A stretch of DNA of 55,005 nucleotides from an uncultured Bacteroidales bacterium (GTDB taxonomy: Bacteria > Bacteroidota > Bacteroidia > Bacteroidales > B18-G4): contig CAZDWF010000005.1 of the NCBI GenBank assembly GCA_964508895.1, positions 1 through 55,005 of the forward strand, in the 5' to 3' direction. Shown piece after piece: positions 27,408 to 40,500 of this stretch. Position 1 is the first letter of the stretch. Each line of letters begins with the position of its first letter. The position numbers were made by a program, and so were the translations under genes. The notes below the pieces were generated by a model. It had not been told where the DNA came from. It did no database searches and was given only the letters and a program-made list of their open reading frames with translations.

Positions 27408-28514
27408 TTAAAACGGGCTGCATTCCAATGCTCCACTATTTCCTTTCCTTATAGGTCCGTAATTTCCAAAACCACCTCTTTTCTTATTGCCGAATAACTG
27501 TATCTCGTCAAACTCTATAATCAGAGTAAACTCATGAGTTCCTCCGGTAGCTTTAGTTACGTCACTGAGCATTGCATCATAACTATATAAAAGCTTTAAA
27601 CGGCTTTCGTCATTAAAACTCACATTTATACCAGCTAAAAGAACAAGTGCATCATGCTGGAGAAATTCAAATTCATCATTTCGATACCATATACCAATAT
27701 ATAATGGATCCTTATGAATATTAATACCTACCTGGTAAGATTGCATACCTCCCTGGTATGAATAAATCACACCCGGATTATATTTAACACCTCCCTTTTG
27801 CATACGAAACGAACTGCTTGGCCCACGATTTATATCATCCTGAATAATAAAATCACCTGAAATTACATACTTTCTTGGCAGTGGACTTTCCTGTTGCAGG
27901 AAGGTCTCATTAGGTTCGAATATATGGTGAACTGCAATACCAATATTGCCAACTATCTCATTTGAATTCCATGTTGATTGAGCAAACCTGAACACTCCAC
28001 CAACACCAAAATCAGGATATGCAACCCTGTCATCAGAAGGATGCTTAAAATTAGATGGGTAAATATTCCCATATCTCTCATCAAGTTGATCAGAAAAAAC
28101 CAATCTGTTCCAGTCAATTCTTTTCTGAACAAATGACGACATAATACCAAACTGTGTTATCATATTATGATGTATCGGAACCCTTACTGCAACAATAGCA
28201 CCTATCTGTGTTCTTTTAATATACCCTTCACCCTCATTATCTGTATCGAACATTAAACCAAGTCCACCTGATCCTGGAATATTCCTTGCCGCAATATCTG
28301 TAGTAAAATTAAAATTTCTAAAATCCTGCGGTAATTTTACCCATTGCTGACGGTATGCAAATCGGGATCGCATCCCCTGGGATATACCCACATATCCAGG
28401 ATTATAATAGATCGGATTACTTGTCCATTGTGAATATACTGCATCCTGGGCATCCAAAGGCAATACCATCAGCAGTATTATTACAAGAATAATAATTGGT
28501 TTAAATTTTTTCAT
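27408..28514 (-). CDS. PorP/SprF-family T9SS outer-membrane protein
   Basis: QDAVYSQ...PIYYNPGYVG, YRQQW, YSYD, GTHE and terminal CSPF motifs; directly downstream of the type-B cargo genes; ATG 28514 gives a good signal peptide. Confidence 0.93.
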   Translation of the reverse strand: MKKFKPIIILVIILLMVLPLDAQDAVYSQWTSNPIYYNPGYVGISQGMRSRFAYRQQWVKLPQDFRNFNFTTDIAARNIPGSGGLGLMFDTDNEGEGYIKRTQIGAIVAVRVPIHHNMITQFGIMSSFVQKRIDWNRLVFSDQLDERYGNIYPSNFKHPSDDRVAYPDFGVGGVFRFAQSTWNSNEIVGNIGIAVHHIFEPNETFLQQESPLPRKYVISGDFIIQDDINRGPSSSFRMQKGGVKYNPGVIYSYQGGMQSYQVGINIHKDPLYIGIWYRNDEFEFLQHDALVLLAGINVSFNDESRLKLLYSYDAMLSDVTKATGGTHEFTLIIEFDEIQLFGNKKRGGFGNYGPIRKGNSGALECSPF

Positions 28515-28547
28515 GATATATGTATTTTCAGGTTTATACATTGTATT

Positions 28548-31500
28548 TTATCTGATTAAAGTAACTGTTCCCTGTTCTGCTCTTGAAAGCCCATCCATGT
28601 TTCCAGTACTTTCTCCTTCCCATATAATTCCATCTTTAAATATCGCCTTTACACGCCATAAGTAAACATCCTGAGGAAGCATTTTTCCTTTAAAGGTTCC
28701 ATTCCATGCTTCAGCCGGACTTCCGTACTCATCCAGTTCAGTAGATTCCCAAACCAGGTTACCCCATTGATCATATACCTGTATCATATATGAACTTAAT
28801 CCAATTCCCTTGGGTTTAAACAACCTGACCTCTTCATCTATACTCTCTGGTGCAAAAGCGTTGGGTATATAAAGAGCTTTAAATAGGAATTCAAAATCAA
28901 CATAAGAAGTATCAACACATCCATACTTGTTCCATACAATTAATTCTATAGTAAAGCCTCCGTCATTATCATATTGATGGGTAATGGGTGGCTCTGTTTC
29001 ATAGCTTATCAACCCATCTCCCCAATCCCACTGGTAATCCTGAGCACCATTGGATCCATCCTGAACAAATACATTGCCTTGAACATCATTGTAATTAGGC
29101 ACTACCCTGAAGTCACTCACAGGTGCTGCATGTACATTGACATTCTTACTGATCGAGTCCTTGCATCCTGTTGCATTTACTACCATCAGCTCCACAGTAT
29201 ACAATCCAAGCTGGGTATAATAATGCCTCGGATCTTGCTGGTAGGAAACAGGGCTTTGTGACAGGGAATCACCAAAGTCCCACTTCCAGTCAGTAATATT
29301 TGTATTCATATCAACCGATTCATCTGTAAATTCCGTGGGATCTCCCAAACATGCCGGGCTGGTGCTGAAGTCAGCTACAGGTTTTGCACTCACACTTACT
29401 GTGCTTTGCACAGAATCAGTACATCCAAACTTGTTGGTTACCATCAATACAACACTATAATCTCCTGCTATGGGATAGATATACGTCGGATCAGAAACCG
29501 ATGAGGTGTCGCCCTGTGATCCGGGCTCGCCAAAGTCCCAGCTCCAGCTCCTAATGTAAGAAGCTATGATGGATGTATCCCGGAATACAGACGCTTGCCC
29601 CTGGCATACCGGCTGACAGGTAAATCCTGCCGTTGGCAAAGGATGAACTATGATCACCTTGCTCATAGTATCTGAGATCGCATTGCCATGGATCAGTCCA
29701 TGGATCACAAAATGTACATGATATGTTCCAGGATGAGTATAAGTATGGGTAACTACAGAAGTTTGGTTCTGATAACTAATATGTGTGCCATCTCCCCAGA
29801 GCCATTCATACATTATAATATATGGATTTGCCTGGGTCATGTCCTGGAAGTGAACCTCAGTACCCTGGCATGTTACTGAATCCATCAGTGCAAAGCCGGA
29901 TAGTATGCATGGATTACTGGTTACCTGAAGGGTGATGGTATCCTTACAGCCATTTGTATTGGTGATGATCAATGTGACATGATATACTCCGGGAAGAGCA
30001 TATTTATGGCTTACAGGCTGGCCATTTGGAACTGTAAGAGTGAGTATGGGTGAGCCGTCTCCAAAGTCCCACTGCCACAAATCTATGAGTGTGCCATTGC
30101 CCATGGACTGATCGGTAAATGTTATGGTAGTATCACAGGGCGAATCAGACCAGTCGAAGCTTGCTACAGGTAAGGGATCCACCATCACCTGCTGATACTC
30201 TGTATGCGCACATCCGTTGTTGTCGGTAGATGTTAAGCTTACAGTATACACTCCAGCATTAGAGTAGGTATGTGAAGGATGCGGTAATACAGATATATTG
30301 CCAGGATACAGTGGCTCTCCAAAGTCCCAGAGATAATCTGTCAGGAAGGTTCCCGAGGGTGCAATAATGCTATCGCTTAAGTATGTCGGCTCTCCCAAAC
30401 AGGCCTGAGTATAGCTAATAGCCATATCAAAGGCTTCCGGTATACAAACCTGCTTAATAATAGTATCTCTGCATCCTCTGGTATCCGTAACTTCTAAACT
30501 TACGCTATAACAGCTGTCGCTATATGAAAATATGTATTGAGGATTTTGATGCACAGAATTATGAGCAGTCTCAAAAGTCCAGAACCATTCTGAGATAATG
30601 GATTGCTGGCTTGTTGTAGAATCCGTAAAATTAACGAGGCCTGTTTGACATAAATCCATTTGAAAATAGAAGTTTGCTTCAGGTCCTTCATATACTTCAA
30701 CAATTCTTGAAGCGGTATCCATACATCCATCAGCAGTGGTTACCACCAGCATCACGGTATATACCCCGCTGGATGAGTACTGATGGTTGGGGTGCTGTTG
30801 AGCAGAGGTGTTGTTAGCCCCTGAGCCGGGATCGCCAAAGTCCCACAACCACTGCATAACAGGTGAGCCTGCCACCACATAGGAGTGGTCTATGAAATAC
30901 GTCTTCTGCCCTGTACAGCTTGCCGTGTAGTTAAACACTGCCACCGGAGAGGGGGCAATATCCACAGCATGGGCTGCAGTGTTATCACAAGCCGAGGTAT
31001 CTGTCACTGTGAGTGTTACCGTATAGGTGCCATAATAAGAATAAACATGTGTTGGGTTCAACTGGTTGGAATGCGGCGAGCCGTCGCCAAAGTCCCAATC
31101 GTAAGCTATGATGGTGTTGATATTGGTTATTGTGCTATCCACATAAAACTGTGTCGCTTCGCCCTGACAGGTATTCTCATAGGTAAAATCAGTAGGTGGG
31201 GATGCCGATACCATCACCTGTCTTGTAAGGGTATCCATACAGCCATTCACATTGATAACCTCCAGGATCACTGCATAGCTTCCCGGTGAGGAGAAATAAT
31301 GCGTGGGGTTCTGCAGCTGGCTGGTATTGCTTGTGCCTGACTGTGGATCGCCAAAGTCCCAGCTCCAACTCTGGATATTGCCCCCTCCGTTAGGCTGTGA
31401 GGAGTCAAAGAACTCATACAAATCATCCTGGCAACTGCCCGTATGGGTGAACATCGCTACGGGTGAGAAGTCTATAATAACCACCTGTGTGCTGGTATTA

Positions 31501-34500
31501 ATGCAGCTATCAGAGGTGGTGACCGTTAAGCTAGCCAGGTAAGTGCCCGAAAGTGCATAACTGTGGTATACATCCGGATCATCAGGGAACAGTATGGTGC
31601 TGTCACCACCGTCGCCAAAGTCCCAATGCCATTTTATGATGTATCCATTGACAGTCGATGAGTTGTCATCAAACAGTACCGGTAAGCCCTGGCAGTTTGG
31701 AGGTGTAGTGGTAAAGATCGGTGTGGGGCCTTCTAAGATGCTGATATCATGGAAAGCAGTGCCGGAACAACCTTCGGTATTGGTGGCTGTCAGACTTACT
31801 GTGTATGTTCCGGGAACATTATACAAATGCTGGGATGTTGGGTTGTAGCCATAGGTGCCATCGCCAAAGTCCCAGTACCAATCGGTAATCGTGCCTGGGT
31901 CCATAACAGCAGTATCGGGTGAAAAGGTGATCAAAGTGTCCTCACACCTAATATCGTATACAAAATCTACCGGAGGGCCCTGTTTGATATAAACCGGCTT
32001 GTCGATCGTATCGGTGCAGTTCTCATTGGTCATAATGATCAGGCGCACATCATAAGTGCTGTCACCATAAGAGAACAGGTGGGTGGGATCTTGCAGCTGG
32101 GAGATGTTATTGGTGCCCGAACCCGGATCATCAAACTCCCAGAACCATGAGATGATGCTTCCCGGTAAGTTAGGAAAAGAGGCATCTGAGAACTGTATGA
32201 GCTCATCCTCACAATCACCCGTCCAGTGAAAGTTAGCTATCGGTGAGTCGGTGACCTCCACCACCCTGCTAAAGGTATGGGTGCAGCTATCAGAGTTTTG
32301 TACCGTCAGTGTGGCGGAGTAAGTGCCCGGCTGAGAATAGGTATGCCATAGGTTAGGGTTGTCAGGAAAATAAATGGTCTCTGTTGGTGAGCCGTCATCA
32401 AAGTCCCACATCCAGCTTACAATATAACCATAGGTGGTAGAGGAGTAATCCTGGAAATAGACACTGTCGTAATCACATACAGGCCCTGAGTGATCAAAGT
32501 TGGCCTGTGGCAAAGGCCTTACATCCACCGTATGGGTGATGGAGTTGTCACAGCCGTTGGTATCTGTGATGGTGAGGGTGACATCAAAAAGACCCGTAGT
32601 GCTAAACACATGGGAAGGGTTAGGAATATTGGTAAAGCCCCCGTCGCCAAAGTCCCACAAATAGCTGGTGGTCATAGCCCAGTTAACTATTGTGGAGTCT
32701 ATATAAAAATACGTGAGCTCGTTATGGCAGGTGGCACTGTGGTAATAGTCTACCGGTGGAGCATCACTCACAGTGATCGCTTTTATGATCGTATCTGTAC
32801 ATCCGCTGGTATTGCTTACTATCTCTGTGATGGCGTAAATGCCAGGGGAGGTGAAAATATGCGTGGGATGCTGTAGCGTAGATGTGTTCTGGGGTGATAA
32901 GGGATCACCGAAATCCCAATGCCACCAGCTTAGTGAGGTGCCCCCATTGGTGGTGGCCTGATCCTGGAACTGTACGTATTCATTCTCGCAGGCTCCACCC
33001 GTATGGGTAAAATCAGCCGTAGGAGAGGCAATGACCATTAGCTGGTGTGATGTTATATCAAAACAGCCCGCGGCAGTAGTCACCTGCAAGCTTACAGTAT
33101 ATGCTCCCGGGTTCATATAGCTATGGGTGATGTCAGGGCTTTGTGGATAGTGGATCGTATCTGTGGTGCCATCACCAAAGTCCCAGATCCAGCTTATGAT
33201 AGATACTCCCCCTTGAGTGAGTGAGTGATCGCTAAACAGTATGTCCTGCCCCTGGCACTGGTGGTTGCTAAAAGTAAAGCTTGCCATAGGTGGATCTGTC
33301 ACATGTACAGGATTTACTACGCTGTGCTCACAGCCGTGGATATCGCTTACCGTTAATGTTACATTATAGATACCCGAGGCGGTATAATTATGCGTGGGGT
33401 GCTGGGTGGCAGAATGGTTGAATGACCCTGAGGAGGGATCACCAAAGTCCCAGTAGTAGCTGGCTATGGCAGAAGGCCCTGAGGACAGATCGGTAAAATG
33501 GGTCGCCTGGCCAGGACAGCTTGTATCCGATACAAAGCCTGCCAGTGGCAAGGAGCGAACGCTCACCGCCTGGCTCGTGGTATCGGAACAGCCCTCTAAG
33601 TTGGTTACTATCAGGCTTACCTGGTAGGTGCCTGCATAAATATATGCGTGGGTGGGATGCTGTATGTTCTGGGCATAAGTGCCATCGCCAAAGTCCCACA
33701 TCCAGCTCATAATACCTGATGAGGGAGCGGTGGAAAGGTCCGTAAAGTGGGTCACCTCACCCTGACAGGTGGAATCGGCAGAGAACATGGCCGTGGGCTG
33801 ATCGGTGATCACAAGGCTCTTGGAAAGGCTTGCATGACAACCCTGGGTGGAGTAAACCGTCAGGGTCACCTGGTATAAACCCGTTATCGTGTATACATGC
33901 GTGGGGTCTTGCTGGGTGGAGCTCATACCATCACCAAAGTCCCAATGCCAGGAGGTGATCGGCAAGGAGCCGGATATGGTGGAAAGGTCCGTGAAATAAG
34001 TGATATCACCCTGGCACAACCCCTGGTAGCTAAAGTCCGCCGTAGGAGAGTGATCTACCTCTACCGGACGGATCACCTGAGAAGAGCAGCCCTGGGCGGT
34101 AAAGACCGTCAAAATCACATAATAGGTGCCTGGGAGTGAATAAGTGTGCATCGGGTGCTGGGTGGTAGCAGTGATGCCATCACCAAAGTCCCAATGCCAG
34201 CCGGTAATGCCGACGCCCTGGCAGGCAGACAGATCCGTAAACTGTGTGGGGGTACCCACACAGGCCGTATCGGATGAAAAATCTGCCGTGGGCTTATACA
34301 CATCTACCAGCTGTAACAGCGTATCCTCACAGCCGTGAGCATCGGTGACGATCAGCTCTACCGGATAAGTGCCGGAATTTACATATACATGTAATGGGTT
34401 TTGCACTGTGGAGTAATTGTTCCAGCCTGATCCGGGATCTCCAAAATCCCAGCTCCAGCTGATGATGCTGTCGCCCACACCAACCGACTGATCTGTAAAG

Positions 34501-37500
34501 AATACGCTGTCGCAGCTGGTAGTAGTATGATAAAAACTTGCGATAGGTCTTGGGTTTATATGTACATCCTGCAATAGGCTGCCCTGGCAACCGTTGCCGT
34601 CGGTAACGGTCAGTATTACCTGGTAGGTGCCGCCCGAAGAGTAGTAGTGCGTAGGATGCTGATCTGTAGTATCTGTAGTGCCATCGCCAAAGTCCCAGTG
34701 CCATGAGTTGATACTAGAAGGACCGGAAAGGAAAGAAAGATCCGTAAAGTAGGTGCTGTCACCATGGCATGATGGGGTCTGGTAAGTGAAGTCTGCCACA
34801 GGGATCTCATCAATATGTACACCTATGGTGATATAATCCTGACAGCCGTTTAAGCTCGTTACCCATAGGGTCACATAATAGGTGCCTGAGTTTTGGTAGA
34901 TGTGCGATGGGTCAGAAAAGGTCGAAGTGCCCCCGTCGTCAAAGTCCCACAAGTAACCCGTAATAGGTGATGATGGACTGGTGCTTAAGTTGGTAAACAG
35001 TGTGGGTAGCCCCATACAGGTCTGAGAGTATGTGAAATCCGGGGTGGGTCGCTCCAGATCAAGCACCTGGGTGAGGGTGTCTGTGCAGCCATTGGCATCA
35101 CTGACAATCAGTCTTACCGTATATTGTCCTGAGTGGATATACACATGCATAGGATGCTGGAGGCTGGAGTAATTATGCCAGCCTGAGGCCACATCGCCAA
35201 AGTCCCAATGCCAGCTCACTAGCGTATCGTCTATCCCGGAGGAAGCATCTGCAAAATATACCGTGTCACAGCCCGTAGTGGTGTAAGTAAACGAAGCTAC
35301 TGGTGGAGTGTTCACCAGTACCGGCTTTTGTATGCCTTTAGAGCAACCATTGGTATCGTAAACCGTCAGGGTGACTACGTAGGTTCCTGCATTGGTATAC
35401 AGATGGGACGGATGCTGGTGGAGGCTATCGTAACTGCCGTCACCAAAATCCCAGTACCAGGAGGTGATCTGTCCGGAAGTGACAGGGTGAGACAGGTCGG
35501 TAAAGTATGTCGTATCACCAAGACAGTTAGGAAAGTTATACGTAAAATCAGCCACAGGAAGGGCATAGACCGTTAACTCTTTGGTGATATCCGAGGTGCA
35601 GCCGTTCTCAGTGGTGACACTCAAGGATACATAATAAGTGCCCGCTGTGGTGTAGGTATGGCTTGGGTATTGAAGTACAGAGGAGCTACCGTCGCCAAAG
35701 TCCCAGTACCAGCTGATGATATTCTCCCCTATCGCATAGGAAAGGTTATCAAAAAATACCGGAGTGTTCAAACAGGTGGTGTCGAACCTGAAGTCAGCAA
35801 CAGGGCCCGGATAAACCTCTATAGTCTGGATCGTAAGGTTAGAACAGCCATTGGTGTTGGTGACCTCTAAGGTGACATCGTAAAAACCTGCCTGGGAGTA
35901 TGTGTGGCTGGGGTGCTGTATGCTGGAAGTGTTGCTGGCTCCGGAGGATGGATCTCCGAAATCCCACGCCCAGATGATAATGTTTGCCCCCGATCCGTTA
36001 CTGTAATCCGTAAAATGGGTCACATTGTTGATGCAGTTCTGATGTACATGGAATAAGGCCGTAGGCTTAGCATAAGAAACTACCATCTTGGTTGTCATAT
36101 CAACACATCCATTGGTATCTATTGCAGTCAGGCTAACGTGGTATTGGCCAGACTGCGGGAATAAATGGCCCACTGTATCTGCACCATTTGTATATGTCTG
36201 TATGGTTCCATCACCAAAATCATAAATAAAGGTACCTATTGGAACAGCTGAGGCTGTTGACTGATTATAGAACCAGGTAGTATCTCCTATACATTCATCA
36301 GTAAATGTAAAATCTGCAATGGGCGGAGCTCCTATGTTTATGGTGTGGATAATAGTATCATAACAACCTGAAATATTACCAACAATAAGCATTACATCAT
36401 ACGATCCTGAATTGTAGAAAATATGCGTTGGATGCTGAAATGTAGAAACATTTAGAAATCCAGAGCTTGGATCATCAAAGTTCCAGTACCAGCTATCAAT
36501 TTGTCCCATAACAGTATACGACAAGTCTGTAAAATGTGTCTCCATCAATGCACAGGCATTATCAAAATCAAAATCTGCTACAGGTATAGAAGATACTGCA
36601 ATTGTTACTAAATCTGTCGCAGTACAAGCTCTGGCATCAGTTACTACACATGAATATATTGTAGTTGTATCAGGAGTAGCAATTGGATTGCTAATATTAG
36701 GATTGCTAAGGTTTCCAGCAGGACTCCATGTGTAATTTAATGGTGGCGTTCCACCTGAAGCACTGGCAGTAAGTTGAGTAGATTCGTTAGCACAAATAGT
36801 AGTTTGTCCTGCCGAAACCATTAGCATTATCTGAGGATTTTCATATATGGTGATATTATCAGTAAGAGTACATCCATTGGCATCTGTTATTAACAGAGAA
36901 TGTATTCCCGGTCCAAGATTATAAACTGAATCAGTTGTAGCTCCTGTTCCTGAAGACCAACTATATGAATAAGGAGGAGCACCACCAAAAACATCAACAG
37001 ATGCCCATCCGTTGGTTTGTCCGAAACAAACAGTATCGGTATTGTTTAAAGAAAGATATAAAGCTGTATCTGGCTGATTAATTTCGATAGTGTCCTGTGC
37101 AATATTGCTGCTATTATCAGTAACAATAACAGTGTATAATCCTGCAGGAATGTTGAATAAAGTATCCTGTGTTCCAATTACTCCCGGATCAGGTATCAGG
37201 TACCAGGAAAATGAATAAGGTGGAACACCACCTAATATAGAAACAGCAGCCCATCCTGTATTATCACCATGACAAGCAACATTTTGTCCTGACATACTTA
37301 TGATCAATGAATCCGGTTGGGGTACAAAAACTGAAGAATAAGTAGTACATCCATTGGCATCAGTAACTGTATCGGTATAATTGCCTGAGGATAATCCTGT
37401 AACAGGATTGCCCGTCATTCCATTCGACCAGCTGTGGGAATACGGGGTAGTTCCACCTGCAACAATAGCATCAATTTCACCATCAGTACATCCCCAGCAT

Positions 37501-40500
37501 GTAGGTTGAATTACACTGAACCCTGTAATTTGTAATATATCAGGTTCAGTAACTATAATGGGTATAGTATTAGAAATGCATAAATTGCTGTCTCTGACCA
37601 CTGCAAAATAGTTACCGGGCGTAAGTCCTGCAAAGATGCCATTCGTTTGATAAGACCATCCGTTATCAATGGAGTATTCATAATTTCCAGTACCCCCTGT
37701 TGCATTGAAAATATTGATGCTTCCATCAGAAAATCCATTGCAGGTAATATTGGTATGTATAGTATCAAATGTTATTATTCCCGGACTTGTAATTATTATA
37801 TCTCCTGAAGTTAACTGACAATTATTACTATCATTAACCTGGACAGTATATGTCCCGCCAGTAAGATTGGTAAATATTCCTGTATTATTTGAAATCGAAT
37901 TAGGAAGGAGAGTATAAACATAAGGGGAAATACCTCCTGAAACATAAAGGTTTATTATACCATCACCTGCATTATTGCAGGAAGGATCCTGTTTTGTTAT
38001 TGAATCGATAATTAATTCGGAAGGGTTTACAATTAAAGCTGTATCTGAAGATACATCAGGACAGCTATTTGAGTCACTAACCTGAATATAATAGGAACCT
38101 GCATCCAATCCTGTAAATAATCCATTTGAATTAGAAATATTATCCGGTTTCAATGTATAAATGAGGTTAGTTCCTCCATTTGCAAATGCTCTTATCCAGC
38201 CATCATTGATATCATGACAGCTTATGCTGGCATAATGCGTTGAATCAACAATTATTGTATCAGGATTATTAACTATTATATGAGGAATAGAATATGAACA
38301 TCCTGCCTGATCTTCAGCGACAATCTGATAAGTATTAGCAGATAATCCTGCAAAAATTCCGGAAGTATTAACAATAGAGTCTGGCCATAATGTATATGCC
38401 AGTGATCCTGTTCCACCGCTTAAATAAACCTCAATAATGCCATCATTCAAATTGTAGCATGTAATATCAAAAACATTTAATGAATCCAGGATAAATGGAT
38501 CCGGACTAAGTATAGCAATTATTCCTGTTTCAACATTACATCCATTATAATCATAAACTCTAACTATATGATTAGCAGCAGAAAGGTTATTAAAAATTCC
38601 TGAATAATTTATAGTGCTATCTGTAGAGGGATTAAGAACATATGCATAGCTTGTTGTATCATTTCCTCCGGAGGCATATACCTGTATAAAACCTGTATTT
38701 GTTCCCGGACAAGTCAGATCCTGTTTTTGTATTGAATCGATAAGAAGTTGTGAAGGATTATGTATGGTTATAGTATCTGATAATGAAGATGGACAATTGT
38801 TCGTATCTGTAACCTGAACCCAATAATCACCTGCATCTAGTCCTGAAAAATATCCTGAAGTATTGATAATATTATCCGGGTACAAGGTATAATCCAGATT
38901 TGTTCCACCGCTGCCAAACATTCTGATCCATCCGTCATTAAAGTTGTAGCAACTGATATTCTGGTATTTTATTGAATCTATTATTATTGCATCCGGATTC
39001 ATAATTATCAAATCAGGAATGAGAAGAGTACAATCGTTTGTATCGCCTACAATTATGTAGTATGTTCCTCCAGTTAAAGCTGTAAACTCACCTGTAGTAT
39101 TCACAACAGAATCAGGATAAAGAGTATAACTTAACAAACCCCTTCCTCCGATAGCCTGAGTAAATATGTAGCCGTCATCAGCATTATAGCATGAAATATC
39201 CTTTACATAAAGCGAATCAAGAGTAATAGCTTCAGGATTTATAACTTCAACAGAATCACTTGTTGCCAGGCAACTATTTGTATCGCTAACGCCAAGATAA
39301 TACCATCCGGCACCCAGACCTGTAAAGACACCAGTGTGGTTAGTAGCAATCGGCCATGCTCCGGAATACAATAAGTAAGTATATGATAAGGTGTCAATTC
39401 CTCCTGAAGCATATGCTGAAATAATTCCATCATTCACATTATTACAACTTACATGTTGAACAATTACGCTATCGACCATAATGGTATCAGGAACTGTAAT
39501 TCTGAATGTATCAGATATAACATCAGGGCAATTATTTGAGTCACTGGCGGATATCCAGTAATCTCCTGTAATCAGTCCTGTAAACCATCCTGAAGTATTC
39601 ACAAGGGAATCAGGAAATAAAGTATAAATTAATCCTGTACCACCGGAAGCATATGTTTGTACTGTTCCTGAATCAGAATAACAGGAAGCTTGTAAGATAT
39701 TCAATGAATCTATTGTTATCAGATCGGGTTGACTAATTACAATAGTATCTGAAATCACGGTACATATTGAATCACTGATTGTGATCAAATAACTACCAGG
39801 ATCGAGGTTATTAAAATTACCGGAAGTATTAGTAATATTATCAGGAATAAGGGTAAAACTTAAAGGAGGATTTCCTCCTGATATATTAAGCTGTATCCAT
39901 CCGTCAGTTAATCCGTTACAACTTACATCTTCATATGTGATGCTGTTTATAACTATATTGTTTACTAAAACATCATGACATATTGTTGAATCACAACCAT
40001 TGATGCTTGTAACCGTCAGGCAAACATTATAAGTGCCAGCAATAGCAAATGTATGGGTTGGGTTTTTAATTCCTGTTAATGTCACTCCATCACCAAAATC
40101 CCACTCCCAATCCACAATTGTCAAGGCCGGAACGGGGATACTCCAAACAGAATCGAATCCATAGCTCAGATCAGTAAATTGAGTAGGTAAGCCTGAACAG
40201 ATTGTATCAAAAGTGAAATCAGGATGGACGCTTGTAATATATATCTGGCGGCTAGTATCTGTTGCACCACATTGTGAATTTGAAGCAACAAGATTTACAG
40301 TATACCATCCTGGTTGAGAATAAGTATGTGAAGGGTTTATCTCGGTAGAAACAGTACCATCACCAAAGGTCCACAAGTATATTGTAGTGGTTTCACATCC
40401 GCCACCAAAACCATTATGAGTAGTATTTACAAACTGTACTGCATCACCCAAACAAGATATTGTATCACAAACAAATAAAGCAATTGGAGCTTCATAAGCA

